A DNA stretch of 27,383 nt from the IMG/VR virus record IMGVR_UViG_3300017740_000058, positions 1 to 27,383 of that record, one strand, 5' to 3'. Shown here one piece after another: positions 16,187 through 25,723 of this stretch (position 1 is the stretch's first letter; each line of letters opens with the position of its first letter). The notes below the pieces were generated by a model. The model searched no databases and was not told the origin of the DNA. It was given only the letters and a program-made list of their open reading frames with translations. The translations under genes were made by a program, and so were the position numbers. The stretch is from a virus (Duplodnaviria > Caudoviricetes).

Positions 16187-17488
16187 ATGTTTATTAGAGA
16201 TTTTAATCAGCAAGGACAAAATAAAATAACAAAAATTAACAAACTGTTAAGCGAAGAGTTTGGCATGAGTATCAAGTCATCTTATCCTAAAAAGGAAAAG
16301 TTACAGACTATACTCGAGATGTCAGATAAGGCTATAATTAAATTGAAAGATACTACAAAAAACTTTCAGTTAGAGCCTGAATATGCAAAATATCTTGGTA
16401 TTAAAGATGTTATGAAAACTATGATTAGTGAAGGCATGTATGCTGAATCACCAGCATACGTGGAAATGAAAGAAAAACTTTGTGCAGAAGTTCAAAACTT
16501 AATGGATTCAGGTTGTACTGAATCTGAAGCAGTAAGCCAATGCATGAACACATTCAGAAAAAATCCTAATTACTGCCACGATGATGAACACATACTTCCT
16601 ATTGTTATGATGGCGGCTAAAGATTACATGGAAGGTGGTTGTGGTACACATGAATCACTAGAAGAGATTGCAACAGAAGGTCCAGATTCAGAGTTAAACG
16701 AAAAACTTCTAAGTGAACTTGCTAAAGAGATTGGTATAGAATTAACAAATCATGACAGCATGAGTGCAATAGAAGAAAAACTTAATATGTTTGCAGAAGT
16801 TACAGGCAAGAGCAGAGATTCAGTTGTTGGATTTTTGAATGGACTTGAAGAAGATGCAGTAGTACAAGGTATTAAGTTCTTTGGTGCTAAAGTTAGAGAA
16901 TCAAATGCATTTGTAGATGCTAGAAGAGAAGCAATTAAAAATGACGAAGATGAGTTTACAGTAGGTGGAAAAACTTACAAAGTTACAGGCGATACATCAG
17001 ACGAAAAGAAAAACGAAAGTATGTTTGACAGTATTATAGACGAAATGCTTTCAGAAGAAGTTGAGTCAGTTGAAGAAGCAGAAGTTGTAATGGCTGTTAG
17101 AGCATTAGCAGACGATATTCAAGATCATGTAGAAAGACTAGGCAGAATGGTAAACGAAGATTTACCTGCAATAGCAGACCAAATGGTAAATGAATTTGGT
17201 GCTGATAAGGCCGCTTCATTTAAAAGCGAAGCAGAGGGTGTTTTATCAGGAGCATTAGAAAGTGCCAAACAGGCAAAAGATGGTGTTAATAGTCTAGTTG
17301 GAAGTATTACTGGTGAAGATATGGGTCTAGGCGGAGACGACATGGGTAGCATAGAAGATCCATTAGGTGCAGACAGTCCAATAGATGACATGGAAGAATT
17401 ACCAGCAGAACCTGAAATGGATGTAAACGAACCAGCGGCGGCAGGACCAGAAGAAGAGCCACTAGGTAGAGCACCTGTAGAGGTGTAA
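16187..17488 (+). CDS. Acidic helical protein, possible prohead core/scaffold-like protein
   Basis: 433 aa; E/D-rich with many L/I-x-E sites and an acidic Pro-rich tail. Function is inference. Confidence 0.6.
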   Translation: MFIRDFNQQGQNKITKINKLLSEEFGMSIKSSYPKKEKLQTILEMSDKAIIKLKDTTKNFQLEPEYAKYLGIKDVMKTMISEGMYAESPAYVEMKEKLCAEVQNLMDSGCTESEAVSQCMNTFRKNPNYCHDDEHILPIVMMAAKDYMEGGCGTHESLEEIATEGPDSELNEKLLSELAKEIGIELTNHDSMSAIEEKLNMFAEVTGKSRDSVVGFLNGLEEDAVVQGIKFFGAKVRESNAFVDARREAIKNDEDEFTVGGKTYKVTGDTSDEKKNESMFDSIIDEMLSEEVESVEEAEVVMAVRALADDIQDHVERLGRMVNEDLPAIADQMVNEFGADKAASFKSEAEGVLSGALESAKQAKDGVNSLVGSITGEDMGLGGDDMGSIEDPLGADSPIDDMEELPAEPEMDVNEPAAAGPEEEPLGRAPVEV

Positions 17489-17490
17489 AA

Positions 17491-17841
17491 ATGCTCATTA
17501 ATGAGGTTATAGCAGTACAGGAAAAAGATCAGGATTTTGCGGCAGGGTTGTTAGCAAAAGTACAAGATATCCTTACAGTTGCTATGTCCAGAGATATTAA
17601 AAAAATATCTACAAAAAAATTCCTTAAAATTTTAGACGTAAATGGTTATACAGATTTAACTATGGACCAACTAAAGTTAGCAGTCAATACATCTGGATTT
17701 GCTAACAGTATAGATGATGAAACTATTGTACCTAAAGATGAGTTAGGTGCAGATATAGATACTGATGTTGAAGATCCATCAGTAGATGTAGGGGCAATGG
17801 CAGGTGATCAGGCCCTAGCAGATATTAAGGCGGAACTATAA
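17491..17841 (+). CDS. Hypothetical acidic protein
   Basis: 116 aa; tightly coupled to neighbouring genes. Confidence 0.75.
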   Translation: MLINEVIAVQEKDQDFAAGLLAKVQDILTVAMSRDIKKISTKKFLKILDVNGYTDLTMDQLKLAVNTSGFANSIDDETIVPKDELGADIDTDVEDPSVDVGAMAGDQALADIKAEL

Positions 17842-18161
17842 TGGCTAATATTTTTGTAAATGCCACACAGGCAAGAGCGGATAGCAGGAATAACGTAGTT
17901 ATTCATGGTGAAATTAAAACTATCGAATCAGAGGTCTTCTCTAATATAGATTCAGGCATACTATATGCAAATATAGTATCCAGTTCAACTATGACAAACA
18001 GTAATGTCTATTACTATGTTTGGAATGGTACAACAACAGATCCCACAAAACTAGATCAAATAAATTATGTTAAAAAATACTTCACAGACTTAGGTTATGG
18101 AGTAAACATAAAAACAAATACTAGTTCAAATAATACTATTACTTGGAACGTTTCCTGGTAA
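17841..18161 (+). CDS. Hypothetical protein
   Basis: 106 aa; TAATG coupling; N/T/S-rich. Confidence 0.75.
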   Translation: MANIFVNATQARADSRNNVVIHGEIKTIESEVFSNIDSGILYANIVSSSTMTNSNVYYYVWNGTTTDPTKLDQINYVKKYFTDLGYGVNIKTNTSSNNTITWNVSW

Positions 18162-18164
18162 ATA
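18157..18164 (+). promoter_or_regulatory. Variant late promoter GGTAAATA
   Basis: One mismatch; shares TAAATAGTATTA with the 15166 site. Confidence 0.45.
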
Positions 18165-18193
18165 GTATTAACAAATAACTTAAAACAATTTTA

Positions 18194-18871
18194 ATGCTAA
18201 AAAACAAATTCGAATACCCTGCTCTGCGAAGAGAAACCCAAGCAAATGGAAAAAGACAATACGTTGGTGACGACAGTATTCCTGTTCCTAGTGTAACTAC
18301 AGTACTAAGCGAAACCGGAGATAAAACAGCTCTACTTAACTGGCGTAAACGTGTAGGTGACGCAGAAGCAAATCGTATAAGTCAGGAGGCGGCAGGTTTA
18401 GGTACTAAAGTACACAATGCAATAGAAAAATATGTATTAAGTGAAGAGTACGAAATAAAAGGTAATAATCATATAAGCATAATGGCTAAAAATATGCTAC
18501 AAGAAATGATAGACCAAGGCCTAAGTAAAGTGGACGAATTATGGGGTGTTGAAGTAGGTTTAATTGCCGCAGGATTATATGCAGGTACATCAGATGCTAT
18601 TGGCATATACGAAGGCGAAGATGCTATTATAGATTTTAAAACAGCCAAGAAGATTAAAAAACGTGAGTGGATAGAAGATTACTTTATGCAAGGTTGTGCT
18701 TATGCATTAGCACATAACGAAATGATGGGAACGGAAATTAGTAAAGTTGTAATACTAATGGTAGACCGAGAAGGCAAGTTTGCAGAGTTCTCTATTAAAG
18801 ATCAAGAATTTGAGGAATATTGCGATAAATGGTCAAATAGACTAGCAGATTATTATTCCAAAATTAAATAA
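18194..18871 (+). CDS. PD-(D/E)XK exonuclease (Cas4/RecB/MGME1-like phage exonuclease)
   Basis: PSVTTVL, GTKVH, E...YAGTSD, IIDFKT (D147-F-K149), Q-x-x-A-Y. Confidence 0.85.
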   Translation: MLKNKFEYPALRRETQANGKRQYVGDDSIPVPSVTTVLSETGDKTALLNWRKRVGDAEANRISQEAAGLGTKVHNAIEKYVLSEEYEIKGNNHISIMAKNMLQEMIDQGLSKVDELWGVEVGLIAAGLYAGTSDAIGIYEGEDAIIDFKTAKKIKKREWIEDYFMQGCAYALAHNEMMGTEISKVVILMVDREGKFAEFSIKDQEFEEYCDKWSNRLADYYSKIK

Positions 18872-18883
18872 AGGCCAAAAAAT

Positions 18884-18891
18884 GATAAATA
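18884..18891 (+). promoter_or_regulatory. Putative late promoter GATAAATA
   Basis: Exact motif; RBS AGGAGA at 18901-18906. Confidence 0.75.
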
Positions 18892-18914
18892 CTACTTAAT
18901 AGGAGACGTATTTA

Positions 18915-21044
18915 ATGGCAACAAGTAACAATACAGTAGTAGTATCAAGAATACAAAACCGTAGAGGTTTAAAGCAAGACCTACCTCAGCCACTTCGTTC
19001 TGGTGAAATTGGTTTATCAACCGATAGCAGACAAGTTTTTATTGGTGGTGGTGAAATTGACTCTACAGAAAATAAAGTATTGATATTTGAAAATACTGAT
19101 AACGCAAGACAAATTGTGGACAGTATTGCCAAAAATCAAATTATAAGTTTTACAGTACCACATAGACGTTATAACACCAGTTTAGATGGATTAAATGGAA
19201 CAGCAAAAGCCTTTACATATACTGGTGGTTCAGATGTTAGTGACACAAACAGTTCAAGAGATGTATTTAGAAGTTCAGTAGGAGCAGGAAATCTTGTTAG
19301 TATAGAAACAGGTTCGGCTTTTGATGCCGACGATTTAAGTGTAGTAAAAAACGGTATAGCACTTATAGGAAACAATATAGCAAGTATTGGTAACTTAACT
19401 ACTGAGGACTATATTTTCTCATCAGGTACAAGTTTAGGTAATGATCATACTATAACTTTTAAATCTATTCCATTAACAAGTGATGATATAGGTATTACTT
19501 ACTATGGTAATTCCGCAATTAGCAGAGTATTAAGTGGTGCACCAAGTGGTGATGCTAATATTAAACCAGGATATAGTGCATTAACAAATTTTTATGCTAG
19601 AGATAGTGTACCTACATTTTTGCAAATACCTGAAGACTTAATTATTGTTAATTCGACTACAGGTTCAGGATATATAGGATTTCAGCATAAACATATAGCA
19701 GTTACGGCCCTAAGTACTTCAGATGTAAGTACTTTAACATTTACAAATTTCTTAGTAAGTAAAGATAGCGAATTAATTGATAATATAACATTTGCAGAAT
19801 CTTCAGATACGTTTACAGTACCTTATGCTCATGCAAATCAAAAGTATGTTCCAACTTCAACAGCAAATAATTTTAACCGTGTTCATATATCAAATTGTAG
19901 TGTTTCAGCAGTAAACGGTGTTCACAATATTACTGCCGCAAATGCCACACATTTCCAGTTTGCAATTAGTGGATATAGTGGTGCTACAAGTGGTACACTA
20001 GCTCACACAAGAGTTTTACAGTATGATATATCTGGTGCACCTAGTAGTGGCGATATTACTACTTCTTTAAATACTATTTCAGGAATTATTAATAATAGAG
20101 GAAACATTACAACAGGTTCTAACGTAACGCAATCATGGGGTAGTTTAAATGTTACACCAGAGTTTGATTCAGCAACAGGTAGTGCATTAGCATCAAAGCA
20201 AGTGTATTTTACTCATAAGTCTACTCAAAATAGTAACCCAGCAAACTTTACATTACACGAAAGTGGTAGCACATTAACAAATTTAAAACTTACACCACAA
20301 AATTATAATAGATCAACTAATACTATAAGAGCTCAATTAGAGCAGTTTTTAGTAGAAGCAATGGAAAATGTAAACCTTAATGTATTTAATAATATTCAAG
20401 TAAATCAAAGATATAAGGCTAATTCTACTTTAGATGCAAAAATTAATTCATATAATTTAAATACAAATACAGAAGGCACAGAAATTACATTTGATACTAA
20501 TGAAGAAGCCAGAAACTTCTCAACATTAGTAAACAACTTATATTTTGAATACAATGTTTATAATACACCTGGTTCAGGTGGCTTAGGAAGTCTAGTTGTC
20601 AACTCACGTGGTTTAACAAATGTAAAAAATAACATTCAGTTACAAACTGCCGAGGGTGCCTCAAGTGGATTACCTGATGTAGGATATGACTCAACAGAAA
20701 CAGCAAGTGTACCAGCAGAAGCAAATACTAACATTAAAACATTTGATATGACTGCTTTTGATACTTTCGTAATAGATTACAGTTTAGACTTTAGAAATGG
20801 TGCAGACTTATACAGAAAAGTTGGATTACTTCAATTGTCCAGTTATGATTATGGATCAGGAAATCCTGCAGATGTAGTCATACAGGATTATGGTACTGAC
20901 AAAGCACTTGGTAGTGTAACAGGAAATGTACAGTTCACAGCAAATGTGGCTAGTAGTGTATTAACTCTCACAGCAATAAGTAGTGTAAACCAATCTTGTG
21001 CCATGAAATACATTGTTAGAAAATGGAACGCACCTTCAACATAA
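18915..21044 (+). CDS. Virion structural / tail-fibre-like protein with Mtd_N-like N-terminus
   Basis: RIQNRRG...P-L-RSGEIG...D...VFIG head motif; S/T/N-rich, beta-type body; 709 aa. Confidence 0.65.
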   Translation: MATSNNTVVVSRIQNRRGLKQDLPQPLRSGEIGLSTDSRQVFIGGGEIDSTENKVLIFENTDNARQIVDSIAKNQIISFTVPHRRYNTSLDGLNGTAKAFTYTGGSDVSDTNSSRDVFRSSVGAGNLVSIETGSAFDADDLSVVKNGIALIGNNIASIGNLTTEDYIFSSGTSLGNDHTITFKSIPLTSDDIGITYYGNSAISRVLSGAPSGDANIKPGYSALTNFYARDSVPTFLQIPEDLIIVNSTTGSGYIGFQHKHIAVTALSTSDVSTLTFTNFLVSKDSELIDNITFAESSDTFTVPYAHANQKYVPTSTANNFNRVHISNCSVSAVNGVHNITAANATHFQFAISGYSGATSGTLAHTRVLQYDISGAPSSGDITTSLNTISGIINNRGNITTGSNVTQSWGSLNVTPEFDSATGSALASKQVYFTHKSTQNSNPANFTLHESGSTLTNLKLTPQNYNRSTNTIRAQLEQFLVEAMENVNLNVFNNIQVNQRYKANSTLDAKINSYNLNTNTEGTEITFDTNEEARNFSTLVNNLYFEYNVYNTPGSGGLGSLVVNSRGLTNVKNNIQLQTAEGASSGLPDVGYDSTETASVPAEANTNIKTFDMTAFDTFVIDYSLDFRNGADLYRKVGLLQLSSYDYGSGNPADVVIQDYGTDKALGSVTGNVQFTANVASSVLTLTAISSVNQSCAMKYIVRKWNAPST

Positions 21045-21050
21045 TGATTG

Positions 21051-21482
21051 ATGTTCCTAAAAACGCATAGTCCCACAGAAAGATTAAGAATTTGGAGAGA
21101 GATAAGACAAAAAGATTATCTGTCTGCAGAAGACCTTGTAAAAGAATTTTCAGATATTAAAATACTTTCACGTTACTTAGATTACTATACTCCTAAAAGT
21201 TGGCCTGATCCTTTTGAAATTGTTAGCGAAGGATATTTTTGTCAAACAGGCGTAACAATATTACTAACTGCTACACTAATAAATAAAAATTTCATTACTA
21301 GCGACGAGTTATGCTTTCCAGTGATAAGTAATAACATAAACGGAGACTCTGGAATAGTTCTTTTAGATGATAACAACGTTTATAATTTTACTTCAGGTAA
21401 GATTGAAAGTTGGGAGTTTGTACAGGATAATGCAACTGTATTTCAAACCCACAGATTAGATAAAAAGAAACTTTCATATTGA
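21051..21482 (+). CDS. Hypothetical protein
   Basis: ATG at 21051 (the track begins at TTG 21048); WPDPFEI...YFC motif. Confidence 0.75.
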   Translation: MFLKTHSPTERLRIWREIRQKDYLSAEDLVKEFSDIKILSRYLDYYTPKSWPDPFEIVSEGYFCQTGVTILLTATLINKNFITSDELCFPVISNNINGDSGIVLLDDNNVYNFTSGKIESWEFVQDNATVFQTHRLDKKKLSY

Positions 21483-21507
21483 CTTTTGTACAGTTATATA
21501 GTAGAAT
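21479..21507 (+). promoter_or_regulatory. Sigma70-type promoter upstream of nrdA
   Basis: TTGACT (21479-21484), 17-nt spacer, TAGAAT (21502-21507). Confidence 0.65.
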
Positions 21508-21515
21508 AATTCTGC

Positions 21516-21523
21516 GATAAATA
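21516..21523 (+). promoter_or_regulatory. Putative late promoter GATAAATA upstream of nrdA
   Basis: Exact motif in the intergenic gap. Confidence 0.65.
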
Positions 21524-21559
21524 TTACTTTACAATACAGAAATTAGGGATAATACACAC

Positions 21560-23848
21560 ATGCAAGTTAAAAAACGAGACGGCACACTAGAAGATTTAAA
21601 CATAGACAAGTTACACAAAGTAGTTATGTATGCATGTGAAGACATCTCAGGTGTTAGTGCATCAGAAGTAGAGATAAACTCCAAAATTCAGTTCTTTGAA
21701 TCAATAGCAACAGAAGATATTCAAGAGACACTTATTAAAAGTGCCGCAGATTTAATCACTGAAGAAGCACCAAACTATCAATATGTAGCAGGTAGACTTA
21801 TTAACTATCATTTGCGTAAAATGGTATATGGTGAATTTGAGCCTCCTTGCTTATGTGATATAATACAAAAAAATATTGATCTAGGTTTTTATGATTCTGA
21901 GTTTACTGATTTATATACAAAAGAAGAAATAAATCAATTACAAGAATATATAGATCATAACAGAGATGAAGTTTTAACCTATGCGGCTATGGAACAATTC
22001 CGTGGTAAGTATCTAGTACAAAACAGAGCAAGTGGTGAAATATTTGAAACACCACAAGTAGCATACATGATGATTGCGGCCACATTGTTTAGTAACTATC
22101 CAATAGAAAACAGAATGAGCTATGTAAAAGCCTATTATGATGCTATTAGCACATTTAAAATTTCCTTGCCTACGCCAGTTATGGCAGGTGTTAGGACGCC
22201 ACAAAGACAATTTAGTTCATGTGTACTAATTGAAACAGATGACAGTTTAGATAGCATTAATGCAACAAGTAGCAGTATTGTAAAGTATGTAAGTCAGAAA
22301 GCAGGTATCGGCATTGGTGCTGGTAGTATTAGAGCCGTAGGCTCCAAAATTAGGAGTGGAGATGCAACTCATACAGGAGTTATTCCATTCTATAAAATGT
22401 TTCAGTCAGCAGTTAAGAGTTGTAGCCAAGGTGGAGTAAGAGGCGGAGCCGCTACATTATACTACCCTATTTGGCATTTGGAAGTTGAGGACTTATTAGT
22501 ATTAAAGAACAATAAGGGCACAGAGGACAACAGAGTGCGTCACATGGACTATGGTGTACAGTTTAATAAACTAATGTATGAAAGATTAATTACTGGCGGA
22601 AATATTACTTTGTTTAGTCCACAAGATGTGCCAGGATTATATGACTGCTTCTTTAATGATCAAGACAAATTTAAAGAGTTATACGAAAAAGCAGAACGTA
22701 TGACAAGTATTAGAAAAAAATCTATACCAGCATTAGAACTGTTTAGTAATTTTGTTACAGAAAGAAAAGACACAGGTAGAATATACTTAATGAATGTTGA
22801 TCATGCAAATGATCATGGTGCATTTATATCTGATATAGCACCTGTAAAACAAAGTAATCTTTGCTGTGAAATAGATTTACCCACAAAGCCCTTAACAGAC
22901 ATTAACGATCCTGAAGGCGAAATAAGTTTATGTACATTAAGTGCTGTAAATTGGGGTGTTGTAAAAGATACAACAGAGATACAAAAAGTATGTAATTTGG
23001 CAGTAAGAGGATTAGATGAGTTACTAGATTATCAAGAGTATCCTGTTTTAGCGGCACAATATAGCACTATGAACAGACGCCCACTAGGAGTTGGTATAAT
23101 TAATTTCGCATATTGGTTAGCAAAAAATGATACCACTTATCAGGAGCCTAACTTAGATTTAGTAGATGAATGGGCAGAAGCCTGGAGTTATGGTCTTATA
23201 AAAGCAAGTGCCGACTTGGCAGTAGAGAAAGGTGCATGTCCTAAAAATATGGAAACAAAATATGGGCACGGTATTACTCCTAACCAAACATATAAAGAAG
23301 ATGTAGATGATTTAGTAAAGCATAAAGAAAGGCAAGATTGGAAAGGATTAAGAAAACAATTAAAAGAAACAGGAATCAGAAATAGTACACTAATGGCATT
23401 AATGCCTGCAGAAACATCTGCACAAATTAGTAATAGTACAAATGGTATTGAACCTCCACGAAGTTATGTAAGTATCAAGCAAAGTAAACATGGAGTATTA
23501 AAGCAGGTAGTACCAGGATATCCTTATTATAAAAACAAATATGATTTATTATGGGAACAGAAGTCTCCACAGGGTTACTTAAAAATTATGGCAGTATTAC
23601 AAAAGTATATTGATCAAGGTATTAGTGTAAACACTAGTTATAACCCTGAACATTACGAAGATGAGAAGGTTCCAATGAGTGTTTTAATACAAGATATACT
23701 GATGTTTTATAAATACGGTGGCAAACAATTATACTATAATAATACCTACGATGGTCAGGGCGAAATTGATATACATAAAGATGACGCTCAAGAAGACCTC
23801 GCCATCACTGAAATAGATGATGAAGATTGTGAGAGTTGTAAGATATGA
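21560..23848 (+). CDS. nrdA: Ribonucleoside-diphosphate reductase class Ia, alpha subunit
   Basis: N-terminal ATP cone (VKKRDG), FSSCVL, QSNLCCEI, SLCTL, KQLYY and C-terminal CESCKI. Confidence 0.97.
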   Translation: MQVKKRDGTLEDLNIDKLHKVVMYACEDISGVSASEVEINSKIQFFESIATEDIQETLIKSAADLITEEAPNYQYVAGRLINYHLRKMVYGEFEPPCLCDIIQKNIDLGFYDSEFTDLYTKEEINQLQEYIDHNRDEVLTYAAMEQFRGKYLVQNRASGEIFETPQVAYMMIAATLFSNYPIENRMSYVKAYYDAISTFKISLPTPVMAGVRTPQRQFSSCVLIETDDSLDSINATSSSIVKYVSQKAGIGIGAGSIRAVGSKIRSGDATHTGVIPFYKMFQSAVKSCSQGGVRGGAATLYYPIWHLEVEDLLVLKNNKGTEDNRVRHMDYGVQFNKLMYERLITGGNITLFSPQDVPGLYDCFFNDQDKFKELYEKAERMTSIRKKSIPALELFSNFVTERKDTGRIYLMNVDHANDHGAFISDIAPVKQSNLCCEIDLPTKPLTDINDPEGEISLCTLSAVNWGVVKDTTEIQKVCNLAVRGLDELLDYQEYPVLAAQYSTMNRRPLGVGIINFAYWLAKNDTTYQEPNLDLVDEWAEAWSYGLIKASADLAVEKGACPKNMETKYGHGITPNQTYKEDVDDLVKHKERQDWKGLRKQLKETGIRNSTLMALMPAETSAQISNSTNGIEPPRSYVSIKQSKHGVLKQVVPGYPYYKNKYDLLWEQKSPQGYLKIMAVLQKYIDQGISVNTSYNPEHYEDEKVPMSVLIQDILMFYKYGGKQLYYNNTYDGQGEIDIHKDDAQEDLAITEIDDEDCESCKI

Positions 23849-24330
23849 ACAGTAATGAATTAAAACAATTAGGTTTTACCAAGGCAGGTGATGTTGATGT
23901 AGTTATCAGAAATGATGTACCAGACTTAAATGCTACACATACACCATTTGCAAGTGAAGTAAAGTCAGGGGTATATTGTTGGGTACTTGTAAACGATACT
24001 AATAAAAAAGAAGAAGTAATTTATATAGGTAAATATGGAAAGTCTATAAAAAAGAGATGGGGAGAACACAGGCAAGGTTTCAGAGGTGGTAGTGGTACAG
24101 GTATCAAAAATGCAGAATACATTATACAGCAATTAGCAGAAACTGATATCAGAATGGAATTATGGGGTAAGCAGAGTCATATTGAAGAATTTTCTTATAC
24201 TAATATTGTAGGCACAGAAATAACAAAAACTTTTTCTACCTATAGTGTAGATGAAGAAGATTTAATAGCATTCTATATGCAAAAGAACGGAAAAAGACCA
24301 GCACTTAATAGGACAAAAGGCGGAAATTAA
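23845..24330 (+). CDS. Free-standing GIY-YIG family endonuclease
   Basis: GVY (42-44), YIG (60-62), R71, H75, later EED and PALN; ATGA overlap with the nrdA stop. Confidence 0.8.
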   Translation: MNSNELKQLGFTKAGDVDVVIRNDVPDLNATHTPFASEVKSGVYCWVLVNDTNKKEEVIYIGKYGKSIKKRWGEHRQGFRGGSGTGIKNAEYIIQQLAETDIRMELWGKQSHIEEFSYTNIVGTEITKTFSTYSVDEEDLIAFYMQKNGKRPALNRTKGGN

Positions 24331-24333
24331 AAA

Positions 24334-25431
24334 ATGACAGTATTAGATACAAAAAATAAGAAACATCATACTAAAGCAAAGATGTTTTTAGATCCATCAG
24401 GCGGTCCTGTTGTACAAAGGTATGACACACTAAAGTATAAACAGTTTGATAAACTAACTGATAAACAGTTGGGCTTCTTTTGGAGACCAGAGGAAGTTGA
24501 TATCCTTAAAGACGCAACCGACTTTAAAAATCTTACAGACTTTGAACAGCATATTTTTACAAGTAATTTAAAGCGACAAATCATACTTGATAGTGTACAA
24601 GGTCGCTCACCTAATCTGGCTTTTCTGCCTATAGTAAGTCTACCAGAATTAGAAACCTGGATAGAGACTTGGGCATTTAGTGAAACTATACACAGTAGAA
24701 GTTATACACATATTATTAGAAACGTCTATCCTGACCCAAGCAAAGTTTTTGATACTATGTTAGACATACAAGAAATATGTGATTGTGCAGATAGTATTAC
24801 AGAAAATTATAACAAACTAATTGAATATAATCTTTTAAGAGACAAAGGTTATAAAACATATGATGAATATGAACATAAGAAAAGAATATGGTTAGCATTA
24901 ATGAGTGTAAACATATTAGAAGGTGTACGTTTTTATGTTAGTTTCGCATGTAGTTGGGCTTTTGCAGAACTTAAAAGAATGGAAGGTAACGCAAAAATAA
25001 TTAAACTTATTGCCAGAGACGAAAATGTACACTTAGCAAGTACACAACAGATGCTAAAATTTTTACCAAAAGACGATCCAGACTTTGAGAAAATAAGAAA
25101 AGAAACTTATGAAGAATGTACACAAATGTTTGTAGATGCAGTAGAGCAGGAAAAAACATGGGCAGAATATTTGTTTAAAGACGGAAGTATTATAGGCCTT
25201 AATGCAGAACTATTAAAGCAATATGTAGAGTTTATCGCGGCCAAACGAATGCATGCCGTGGGTCAGGAGAAGATATATAATAGTGGTACCAATCCATTAC
25301 CTTGGACTCAAGCATGGATTACAGGTGGATCAGTACAAGTTGCTCCACAAGAGACAGAAATATCATCATACGTTATAGGTGGTACCAAACAAGACGTTGA
25401 TGGAGACACATTTAAAGGTTTTAGTTTATAA
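24334..25431 (+). CDS. nrdB: Ribonucleoside-diphosphate reductase class Ia, beta subunit
   Basis: FFWRPEEV, LDSVQGR, ETIHSRSY, LEGVRFYVSF, RDENVH, APQETEISSY. Confidence 0.97.
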   Translation: MTVLDTKNKKHHTKAKMFLDPSGGPVVQRYDTLKYKQFDKLTDKQLGFFWRPEEVDILKDATDFKNLTDFEQHIFTSNLKRQIILDSVQGRSPNLAFLPIVSLPELETWIETWAFSETIHSRSYTHIIRNVYPDPSKVFDTMLDIQEICDCADSITENYNKLIEYNLLRDKGYKTYDEYEHKKRIWLALMSVNILEGVRFYVSFACSWAFAELKRMEGNAKIIKLIARDENVHLASTQQMLKFLPKDDPDFEKIRKETYEECTQMFVDAVEQEKTWAEYLFKDGSIIGLNAELLKQYVEFIAAKRMHAVGQEKIYNSGTNPLPWTQAWITGGSVQVAPQETEISSYVIGGTKQDVDGDTFKGFSL

Positions 25432-25721
25432 TGTACGAAAACATATTAAAAGCAAATTTAGGTAAAGTAGTTACAGTGAAAACTACTGCTGGAATAGAAC
25501 TAATAGCAACACTTACAGGTTATGATGAGAAAAAATTTACTCTCACATTAGATAAACCTAGATTAGTTGTTATTACTGAAGATGAAGTAGCAGTAGTACC
25601 ATATACATTTACAAGCAAATCAGAAGAAGTATTTATTTTAAGAGAACAATACTTATCAGTAGATTCCGCACTAGAAAACAGCTCAACAGATTATTTAGAA
25701 TTAGTAAAATTGCAGTCATAA
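25431..25721 (+). CDS. Sm-like (LSm fold) protein
   Basis: LGKVVTVKTTAGIELIATLTGYD...LTLDKP matches an Sm1-type pattern. Confidence 0.55.
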   Translation: MYENILKANLGKVVTVKTTAGIELIATLTGYDEKKFTLTLDKPRLVVITEDEVAVVPYTFTSKSEEVFILREQYLSVDSALENSSTDYLELVKLQS

Positions 25722-25723
25722 TA

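Noticed and set aside
18194-18871. Cas4-like nuclease as evidence of a CRISPR system
   Set aside because: It lacks the four-Cys Fe-S pattern and any cas context; it is a common stand-alone phage exonuclease.
21560-25431. Intron or intein in nrdA/nrdB
   Set aside because: Both ORFs are continuous and of normal length (762 and 365 aa).
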